38,885 bases of DNA from a virus, in the IMG/VR virus record IMGVR_UViG_3300033144_001637, positions 1 through 38,885 of that record. One strand, written 5' to 3'. The notes under the pieces are model-generated. The model had not been told where the DNA came from and searched no databases. It saw only the letters and a program-made list of their open reading frames with translations. Below, piece after piece: positions 8,777 through 14,776 of the stretch; position 1 is the first letter of the stretch; every line of letters starts with the position of its first letter. The translations under genes were made by a program, and so were the position numbers.

Positions 8777-8842
8777 AGTCGATGTTAATCGGTTGCCGCT
8801 TGACTACTTCTTTTCCTTCTTCCATGTTTCTCCTTTCTTAGG

Positions 8843-9505
8843 TTAAAATAGTTTTTGTTGCCTGGTTTCTCTCTCAAACCTCTCACAAGCCGCCTTAAAG
8901 TATTCTTCGTCAATTTCGCATATATCCAGGTCATACCCCTCATGCCAGCAAGCTATAGCCGAGCTAAATGACCCGCCGTGTGTGTCTAAGATTGTTTGTC
9001 CGGGTTTGGCGTAGTTGGTGAGTAACCAGCGGTAGAGGGATACGGGTTTTTGGGTGGGGTGGATGCGGTGTTCTTTGGCGGCCATGTTTTGCTGAAGCAT
9101 ACCCTGCCATTTCCAAGTGAATTTTCTTACCGCTGAATTGAAAGATGTCCAAGCAAGTTCGCAATCTGCAAAATCGTTTTCTCCATTGTCTTTGTCCCAG
9201 ACAATAAAACAAGAGCTTGGTGGTAACTTAAAAAAGTTACCACCCCATATTATTTGGTTTTGTGAAATTCGTTGTAGTTCTAAAAAATATTCTTTATTTG
9301 ATATCTCTCTATCCCAATTTTTCGGAGTAAACTTCGTAGTTTCAGCCATACAACCCCTGGAATGATTTTTAAGCCCGTCCTCACCTATCCCATAAGGCGG
9401 GTCCACAATAGCCAGGTGATAATGGTCATCTGGCGCATCGGCCATTAGCCCCATACAATCCCCTCTATCCGCTCTAATCAGCGGCTTATGGGATAGCTCT
9501 ATCAT
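8843..9505 (-). CDS. DNA methyltransferase, N6-adenine/N4-cytosine type (beta class, DPPY)
   Basis: IVDPPYGIG (motif IV) sits near the N-terminus. An AdoMet motif I-like ILDTHGGSFSSAIA sits near the C-terminus. This is the permuted order of the PF01555-type enzymes. No cognate nuclease is nearby, so it is an orphan MTase. Confidence 0.75.
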   Translation of the reverse strand: MIELSHKPLIRADRGDCMGLMADAPDDHYHLAIVDPPYGIGEDGLKNHSRGCMAETTKFTPKNWDREISNKEYFLELQRISQNQIIWGGNFFKLPPSSCFIVWDKDNGENDFADCELAWTSFNSAVRKFTWKWQGMLQQNMAAKEHRIHPTQKPVSLYRWLLTNYAKPGQTILDTHGGSFSSAIACWHEGYDLDICEIDEEYFKAACERFERETRQQKLF

Positions 9506-9507
9506 CT

Positions 9508-10266
9508 TTACACCCTCAATTTAACTTGAGTATCCTGATAAATCTTCAATCCAGGGGCTTCCCTCATTCCAGCCTTAACCGCCTCGTTGATCTTCTTCAT
9601 ATCCGGGGAGCAGAATTGACGCTCAACGGCCCCAGCGTCCACGACCTCGGCCTTCCAGGGCCGGGCCATAGTTACGGAGGCCCCGGACTCCCCCCTCGTA
9701 ACCTTATCAATCTGGGGGACTACAGGGGAGGGTAGATTGACAGTTTCAATCCCCTTTTCCTTGGCTTCCTTGTCAATGGCAGCTTGGAGCGCCTTGGCCG
9801 CCTCCTGGGCCTTCTTCTCTTTCTCTCGGCGCTCCAATTCTTGTTTAAGGGTGAACTCCGTGATCTTCTTCTTTAAGACGGCTTCGATCTTATTGATTAA
9901 ACCAGCCTTTGTTTTAGGGTTGGTGTCATAAAACGTCTTAGCCAATGAGTTGACGAATTTCACATACTTATTGGGTTTGTCCACGATGGACTTCCGGTTA
10001 ACTTCTAATTTCTTTCCAAGGGTGACGGCCTCTCCCAGCATAACCACGGCGTTCTCCATGCCGGCTTGATCTAAGATCCGATATTCATTGGCTTGGTCGA
10101 GCATGGAGTTAACCGTCTCGAGATGGGCGTTGAACCGGGCCTTTACGGACTCCAGGTCGAAGGGATCTGAAACCTTACCGCTAACTATAGGTCCAACCAT
10201 GTCAGCACATTCCGCTTCCGTCATAGCTTCCCCTTCTGGTATGGTGTCTCCATCGAATAATCCCAT
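9508..10266 (-). CDS. Coiled-coil protein, Gp157-like (recombination-module accessory)
   Basis: I prefer the ATG at 10266 (MGLFDGD), which has GGGAGGAAG upstream and a TGATG overlap with the upstream gene. It has a long central K/E/A-rich coiled coil. The C-terminal WKAEVVDAGAVERQFCSPDMKKINEAVKAGMREAPGLKIYQD resembles the Siphovirus Gp157 family tail. Confidence 0.4.
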   Translation of the reverse strand: MGLFDGDTIPEGEAMTEAECADMVGPIVSGKVSDPFDLESVKARFNAHLETVNSMLDQANEYRILDQAGMENAVVMLGEAVTLGKKLEVNRKSIVDKPNKYVKFVNSLAKTFYDTNPKTKAGLINKIEAVLKKKITEFTLKQELERREKEKKAQEAAKALQAAIDKEAKEKGIETVNLPSPVVPQIDKVTRGESGASVTMARPWKAEVVDAGAVERQFCSPDMKKINEAVKAGMREAPGLKIYQDTQVKLRV

Positions 10267-10457
10267 CACTCTTCCTCCCTTCTTTCGCCAAAGGATTTCC
10301 ATGTATCCGGGGCGAGTATAAAGTCCTCCAGACCAATAAAGAGATCGTCCCTAGTCGCAAACGCAAGTCTCCCCCTATCCCCGAACTTAACAATAAAGCC
10401 CATATTGGCTGTGGGGATGATTTCCAGTTTAGTGTTAATGACTTTTCCCACTTTCAT
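10266..10457 (-). CDS. Small hypothetical protein
   Basis: 63-codon ORF with a GAAAGGAGAAAATC-ATG start context, translationally coupled to the next gene. Confidence 0.5.
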   Translation of the reverse strand: MKVGKVINTKLEIIPTANMGFIVKFGDRGRLAFATRDDLFIGLEDFILAPDTWKSFGERREEE

Positions 10458-10558
10458 GATTTTCTCCTTTCTTATTTAAAGTGTCCTTGGTTGTGCAAAT
10501 AACAATAAGCGTCTGTGTGGCTATTGCATCCGGGCCATCCGTGATCGACTTCGGCCTT

Positions 10559-11008
10559 TCATCGTGCCTTGACTGCTTCCGTGAAATCTTTGAAATAGCC
10601 AAGGTATTTCCGTTTATGGTCTACTTGGATGTCGGCTCCCCATTTATCATGTTGGGTGTGCCAATAAACTCCAGTGACCCCGCTAATATTGTCCTTGCGC
10701 TGCTTGCTGTTCCGGGTATTACATTGCGCTGATACATGGCGAAGGTTTACCCATCTATCATCGTCTCTTATCCGGTTAATGTGATCCATTTGATTTTCGG
10801 GAAAATATCCCTCCATGTATAACCAGGCCAAACGTGAGGCGAGATATTTTTTACCATCAAGCCGAATCCGCCTGTAACCCTTTACGTTTACGCCTCCACC
10901 CAGGTCTCTCGCCGCATACCTTCCCCTTGAGATCTTCCAGGTGAAAATCCCCGTTATTGGGTTGTAATCCAAGAGTTCTTTGAGCCTATCCTGGGTCAGC
11001 TTACCCAT
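10559..11008 (-). CDS. HNH homing endonuclease with an AP2-type DNA-binding domain (copy 1, ends at an in-frame TGA)
   Basis: DHINRIRDDDRWVNLRHVSAQCNTRN is the HNH_3-type catalytic motif. SGVTGVYWHTQHDKWGADIQVDHKRKYLGYF is an AP2 domain. It is a paralogue of 17579..18106. Confidence 0.8.
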   Translation of the reverse strand: MGKLTQDRLKELLDYNPITGIFTWKISRGRYAARDLGGGVNVKGYRRIRLDGKKYLASRLAWLYMEGYFPENQMDHINRIRDDDRWVNLRHVSAQCNTRNSKQRKDNISGVTGVYWHTQHDKWGADIQVDHKRKYLGYFKDFTEAVKAR

Positions 11009-11574
11009 TATTTGCCTCCACTATTAAAATATTTCCAGGTTGTTAGTGCTGCTAAGAAAACTGCAAAAGCTGTATTTATACTTTGCGTATACTCAACCAT
11101 TTTTGCAGCCTTGCCTTTGGGGTGGAGCATCACCGCCGCCGCCCTCTCTACCCTCATACCATCGGGTAAGCCACCATGCTTATCTACCAAGTGGCAATAG
11201 GACGCAATTTGAAGGGGCCAGGTTTTAGATTCACTAACTGGACTTTTCCAATCCAAAACAACCGCTGAGGGGTTGCCTTTAAGGATCAAACAGCAATCAG
11301 GGTGCCCATGGAATCCATGACAATCGCAAGCAAGCTCTTCCTCTACCAGGATCACCTTATCGACCATAATATCCGCCCATCTCTTAAAGCTGTCAAACCT
11401 GGGTTGAGCCTCATCGTCCAGCTTAGGGACCCATAACCCTAAAAGGTGCGCGGCTATGGCTCCATGTATCCTCGTCCCTCGTTCCGCTGCATGGCGCAGG
11501 ACTTCCGGGGGTATCCTGGAAAAGTCAGCGTAGGGGCTTAGGACTGTGGTTGAGCTTGGATTTGGGTTATCCAT
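11008..11574 (-). CDS. PD-(D/E)XK exonuclease (lambda Exo / YqaJ / Cas4-like recombination nuclease)
   Basis: GTRIHGAIAAH, then GHPDCCLIL...VVLDWKS (D ... D-x-K), then a QIASYCHL-type C-terminal helix. It lies in the same operon as the RecT-like gene. Confidence 0.65.
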   Translation of the reverse strand: MDNPNPSSTTVLSPYADFSRIPPEVLRHAAERGTRIHGAIAAHLLGLWVPKLDDEAQPRFDSFKRWADIMVDKVILVEEELACDCHGFHGHPDCCLILKGNPSAVVLDWKSPVSESKTWPLQIASYCHLVDKHGGLPDGMRVERAAAVMLHPKGKAAKMVEYTQSINTAFAVFLAALTTWKYFNSGGK

Positions 11575-11997
11575 ATTATCTTTCTCCGTAAAAGATAACC
11601 CTGGCAGAGCAACCGTCCAAGAAACAGACCCTTCCGACTGCTTGGCGATTGATACCAGGGTCCCCGCCCCGCCGATCTGCTGACCCTTCGCTTATTGTGT
11701 CGGGTTCTGAGTGTCGAACGGGGCAGGCGGTCACTAAGCTCAAATGTGAGGGCGGAGTGGGTTGATGGTGGGCGTTAGCATCCCTAACGCCTCTTTTCTT
11801 GTGAACCGGCACAAGGAGGTGAACCATCTTTTCTCCGCCTGGACCCACAGGAACAAGAACAACACTCAGACTCCGCGGAGGAGTTTTGAGTATGCTGCTT
11901 TTGAAGGATTGCTCCCGCCACCTTGCGGCTCCATCACGGTGAGCGAAGTTTGTTTCCTGGGGGTTCATATTACCTCACATTTCAATTTAGCGAATGA
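11575..11997 (-). ncRNA. Candidate structured RNA or other non-coding element (GC-rich spacer between the MTase and exonuclease genes)
   Basis: This roughly 420-nt gap is by far the largest in a tightly packed operon. It has many nested complementary segments (see findings). The only ORFs across it, one on each strand, have R/P/H-rich, junk-like translations. Confidence 0.35.
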
Positions 11998-12996
11998 TTA
12001 ATATTTAAGATTTTTTATCGCTTGCATTATCGGCACTACAACTTGAGGGACTATGGCGTTTCCGAGTGATTTAAGTCGGTCCACCCGAGAGGGTATCCCA
12101 TGAGCCACTCGACCCATGTTGGGTTCAACTGTCCACCATCCGGGTGAGAACGGTTCAAGTACATATAAGGATGATGTTCTGATTCCTTCCCTCCCCTTAG
12201 TCCGTTTGCCGCTGAAGGAGTCGGCCACAACTTTGTTTCCCTCACTTGATCTTGTAGTCTCAGACTGTGGTGCATTCCTGATGGACGTTTCAGCTTGTTC
12301 TCTGCTAAATATGCCAGCATTTCCTTTGATGCTGTTCCCCCTGCACAAGTGTCCGGTGTGAGCCACAATCCAGACCCGATCCCGTCTGTGCGGGGCGTTT
12401 TGGGCGCAAGCTGGAATAATAAACGCTTGTGTGGCGTAGCCTTGATCTTCCAGGTCAGAAAGCACCGTGTCGAGTGCCATATTGACGATTCCAGCAACAT
12501 TCTCGCCAATGACCCAACGGGGCCGGACTGCCTTAATAACCTCAAACATTTCCGGCCAGAGATAACGGTCATCTTCCTTGCCTCTTCGCTTCCCGGCGAC
12601 ACTAAAACCTTGACAGGGGAATCCCCCTGTGAGAAGATCGATATTTGTTGAGGTATTTTTTGGATAGGAATATTCCCTTTTTCTATTGCCTTCACAGCTT
12701 TGATTAGTTTGGCTTGACCATCTACTCCCTGATTGCTTTTTATCCTCGGGCTGTTCCCCTTCCATTCCACTTCTCGAACTACATCTATTGTGTCGGTTGC
12801 CTGTGGTGTAGGCCAAAATGTTATTGACATCTCTCACATCCTCCACGATAGGTACATCAGGCCAATGTTTCCTGAGTACCTTCTGACAAAACTTATCCTG
12901 TTCAACAAAACAAACGACTTCATGTTCCTCCCCCCATACGGTTCGAGCGGCAAGGGCGAACCCTCCTATCCCTGAAAAAAGATCTAAATGTTTCAT
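11998..12996 (-). CDS. DNA (cytosine-5)-methyltransferase
   Basis: The full motif set is present in order: DLFSGIGGF (I), GGFPCQGFS (IV), GENVAG (VI), QNAPHRRDRVWIVA (VIII), RVDRLKSLGNAIVPQV (X). It is the first gene downstream of the leftward promoter. Confidence 0.85.
   Translation of the reverse strand: MKHLDLFSGIGGFALAARTVWGEEHEVVCFVEQDKFCQKVLRKHWPDVPIVEDVRDVNNILAYTTGNRHNRCSSRSGMEGEQPEDKKQSGSRWSSQTNQSCEGNRKREYSYPKNTSTNIDLLTGGFPCQGFSVAGKRRGKEDDRYLWPEMFEVIKAVRPRWVIGENVAGIVNMALDTVLSDLEDQGYATQAFIIPACAQNAPHRRDRVWIVAHTGHLCRGNSIKGNAGIFSREQAETSIRNAPQSETTRSSEGNKVVADSFSGKRTKGREGIRTSSLYVLEPFSPGWWTVEPNMGRVAHGIPSRVDRLKSLGNAIVPQVVVPIMQAIKNLKY
12051..12830 (-). CDS. 259-codon ORF nested in the +1 frame of the C5-MTase gene, with WPTP and EWLMGYPLGWT motifs (possible overprinted gene)
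   Basis: The frame is open for 259 codons inside another gene. The ATG at 12830 is preceded by GGAGGA (12839..12844) with an 8-nt spacer. The translation contains FWPTPQATD, LWLTPDT, LWPTPSAANG and LNPTWVEWLMGYPLGWTDL. Confidence 0.4.
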   Translation of the reverse strand: MSITFWPTPQATDTIDVVREVEWKGNSPRIKSNQGVDGQAKLIKAVKAIEKGNIPIQKIPQQISIFSQGDSPVKVLVSPGSEEARKMTVISGRKCLRLLRQSGPVGSLARMLLESSIWHSTRCFLTWKIKATPHKRLLFQLAPKTPRTDGIGSGLWLTPDTCAGGTASKEMLAYLAENKLKRPSGMHHSLRLQDQVRETKLWPTPSAANGLRGGKESEHHPYMYLNRSHPDGGQLNPTWVEWLMGYPLGWTDLNHSETP

Positions 12997-13049
12997 TACA
13001 TTTCAGTCTATAAATTGTTGACGTTTACTATTCGTTAATCTTGGTCTGA

Positions 13050-13078
13050 AGTATAGACGATAAAGAATAGTTTGTCAA
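13050..13078 (-). promoter_or_regulatory. Leftward sigma70-type promoter for the early minus-strand operon
   Basis: On the minus strand: TTGACA (13078..13073), a 17-nt spacer, then TATACT (13055..13050), about 55 nt upstream of the MTase ATG. Confidence 0.6.
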
Positions 13079-13155
13079 GCAAAATCTTTCACTTTTTCAT
13101 ATAAATCGTAATTCACTAATATATTCAAACCCTTAAAACAAGTTAAAAAAAAGAC

Positions 13156-13185
13156 TTGACATTTAAATTTTAGACGTGATACCTT
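13156..13185 (+). promoter_or_regulatory. Rightward sigma70-type promoter (extended -10) for the HTH regulator / replication operon
   Basis: TTGACA (13156..13161), an 18-nt spacer containing TG (13177-78), then TACCTT (13180..13185). It is followed by AAAGGAG and the ATG at 13207. Confidence 0.45.
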
Positions 13186-13206
13186 TCGCACAAAGGAGAC
13201 TACACA

Positions 13207-13419
13207 ATGAATTATAGGAAAACTTTAAAACTCAATCAGGCAAAAGTGAAGGCGGAGATGAAAAGGCAGGGGTTGTCTTATCAGGACCTCGGAGATAAGC
13301 TCCATATCTCCAGACAGGCAGTTGGTTACTATTTCTACAATAAGCCAGCCCTGTCTATGAGAACAGTATCGAGGTTGGCCTGGGCGCTTAACTGCGATCC
13401 TAAAGATCTGTTAATTTAA
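13207..13419 (+). CDS. XRE/Cro-family helix-turn-helix transcriptional regulator
   Basis: The 70-aa protein has QGLSYQDLGDKLHISRQAVGYYF, a classic HTH_3 motif. It is the first gene of a divergent promoter region. Confidence 0.75.
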   Translation: MNYRKTLKLNQAKVKAEMKRQGLSYQDLGDKLHISRQAVGYYFYNKPALSMRTVSRLAWALNCDPKDLLI

Positions 13420-13443
13420 GGTTCAACCTTGAAAGGACTCTCG

Positions 13444-14133
13444 ATGGAAAAGGGTTTTGTTAAGCTATCCCGCAACCTACTAAACAATCGAATGTGGTTG
13501 GCCGAGCCTTTCACAAGGGGGCAGGCCTGGGTCGATATGTTTTCATTGGCAAATCATAGGGATGGATACATCCGTAAAAGGGGTGTAAAGGTGGTGGTTA
13601 AGCGGGGTCAATTAGGGTGGTCAGAAAGGGCGTTAGCGGAACGCTGGAAGTGGTCAAGAGGGAAGGTTAGACGGTTTTTAAATGAATTAAAAAAAGACGA
13701 AAATATAGTACCACAAAAATCAAACGTAACTACCTTAATTACCATAACTAATTACGACGAGTACCAGGGATACGGACCACAAACAGTACCACAGACGGAC
13801 CACAAACAGTACCAGAACAAGAATGATAAGAAAGATAAGAAGAAAGAAAGAAGAGATAAGAAAGAAAATTTTAAGCCTCCAATGGTCGAAGAAGTTGTCT
13901 CGTATTTCACCTCTAAGGGTTATTCTGAAAAAGCAGCCCGTAAGGCCTACGATTTTTACGATACTGCCAACTGGCACGACTCAAGGGGAAATAAAGTTAG
14001 AAACTGGAAACAGAAGATGATCGCTGTTTGGTTTAAGGATGAAAACAAACAGGGGATGTTTAAAACAGGCAATCGGATGGAAGACCAAAACATTGAAGCT
14101 GCAAGGCAATTTCTTCAAGGGGGTGCGCCATGA
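13444..14133 (+). CDS. Replication initiator / replisome organiser (winged-helix N-terminal domain, DnaD-like C-terminal domain)
   Basis: I prefer the ATG at 13444 (AAAGGA SD) over the track TTG at 13429. The N-terminal part has RGQLGWSERALAERWKWSRGKVRRFLNEL. The C-terminal part has VVSYFTSKGYSEKAARKAYDFYDTANWHDSRGNKVRNWKQKM, typical of phage replication-organiser C-termini. A K/D/E-rich linker contains the iterons. Confidence 0.6.
   Translation: MEKGFVKLSRNLLNNRMWLAEPFTRGQAWVDMFSLANHRDGYIRKRGVKVVVKRGQLGWSERALAERWKWSRGKVRRFLNELKKDENIVPQKSNVTTLITITNYDEYQGYGPQTVPQTDHKQYQNKNDKKDKKKERRDKKENFKPPMVEEVVSYFTSKGYSEKAARKAYDFYDTANWHDSRGNKVRNWKQKMIAVWFKDENKQGMFKTGNRMEDQNIEAARQFLQGGAP
13772..13814. repeat. 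Two 20-nt direct repeats (candidate ori iterons) followed by a purine/A-rich tract
   Basis: ACGGACCACAAACAGTACCA occurs at 13772..13791 and 13795..13814, a 23-nt period. It is followed by GAACAAGAATGATAAGAAAGATAAGAAGAAAGAAAGAAGAGATAAGAAAGAAAATTTT. Confidence 0.5.
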
Positions 14134-14606
14134 ATAAAAAAGACAGACCTCGGTTTACTCAACTTATGTTAGGGATGGCTGACAATTTCAGGGACACAAT
14201 AACGAAACGAGGGCTTGATATGAGGTTCGATATGTTAAAAGAGTTCTCAATGGACCAGGTGGAGTTTGCATCCAGGAAGATCCTAAGAACCCGTAAGTTC
14301 ACCAAGATGCCACCTATCGCTGAATTTATCGAAGCCCTGGAGGGCAATGCGAAGACAAAGGGGTTAGAGGCTTGGGCGGTGGTTATGGAAACCCTTGCGA
14401 TGGGTTTTAGCCCCCCCGAAGACCTTAAGATCACGGAAGTCGTTAATCATATTGGAGGCTGGTCGTGGTTAATAGCTCGGAGCTACGATGAACTTCACTG
14501 GATAGAAAAGAGGTTTATCGACCACTATGAGAGCCTCGAAGGAAAACAATTACCGGGGCTGATCGATGGTAGGGTCACTAAGTTGCTGGAGAGAGTTAAT
14601 TTCTAA
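14130..14606 (+). CDS. Hypothetical replication-module protein (possibly a G39P-like loader/accessory)
   Basis: ATGA-coupled to the initiator gene. MLKEFSMDQVEFASRKILRTRKFTKMPPIAEFIEAL resembles phage helicase-loader-type accessory proteins. This is a weak call. Confidence 0.3.
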   Translation: MNKKDRPRFTQLMLGMADNFRDTITKRGLDMRFDMLKEFSMDQVEFASRKILRTRKFTKMPPIAEFIEALEGNAKTKGLEAWAVVMETLAMGFSPPEDLKITEVVNHIGGWSWLIARSYDELHWIEKRFIDHYESLEGKQLPGLIDGRVTKLLERVNF

Positions 14607-14623
14607 CTACGGGAGGGGTTAAA

Positions 14624-14776
14624 ATGGACATCATGAATATTAAGAGGATCTTAGGGAAGTTTTTTTATCCGCAGGGCGAAGTCGGTGGGGACCGAAGACA
14701 GCTAACTAAGGCACAGAAGGTCCACCGTAAAGCCAGGAACAAGATGGCGCGGGAGAGCCGCAGGAGAAACAGGTAA
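14624..14776 (+). CDS. Small, very basic protein (50 aa) not present in the ORF track
   Basis: GGGAGGGG SD, then an ATG at 14624. The translation is MDIMNIKRILGKFFYPQGEVGGDRRQLTKAQKVHRKARNKMARESRRRNR. It is coupled to the next gene by a TAATG overlap. Confidence 0.45.
   Translation: MDIMNIKRILGKFFYPQGEVGGDRRQLTKAQKVHRKARNKMARESRRRNR

Noticed and set aside
8294-8788. 164-aa plus-strand ORF opposite the RecT-like gene, and 6612..7025 minus-strand ORF opposite the 6691 gene.
   Set aside because: They run antisense to genes that fit the operon orientation and carry motifs. Their translations are junk-like.
10559-10561. TGA reassigned to Trp (code 4) or Gly (code 25) across the genome.
   Set aside because: Many well-delimited genes end in TGA, often as ATGA overlaps with the next start (for example 14133, 19715, 19969, 21727, 22017). 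The standard code therefore applies, and the HNH TGA is a local event.
11705-11730. GTTCGA T-loop-like sequence, suggesting a tRNA or tmRNA.
   Set aside because: The flanking bases do not form a T-stem, there is no acceptor or anticodon arm geometry, and there is no CCA-type end. I found no tRNA-like cloverleaf anywhere in the window.
11576-11968. 130-aa minus-strand ORF across the GC-rich spacer, considered as a real protein.
   Set aside because: It is not fully excluded, since it has a GAGG-TAAT-ATG start and ends 1 nt before the exonuclease ATG. However, the composition (R/P/H/G-rich, no predicted domain), the open frame on the opposite strand, and the dense self-complementarity make an RNA or DNA element more likely. 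It is kept as an alternative in the finding.
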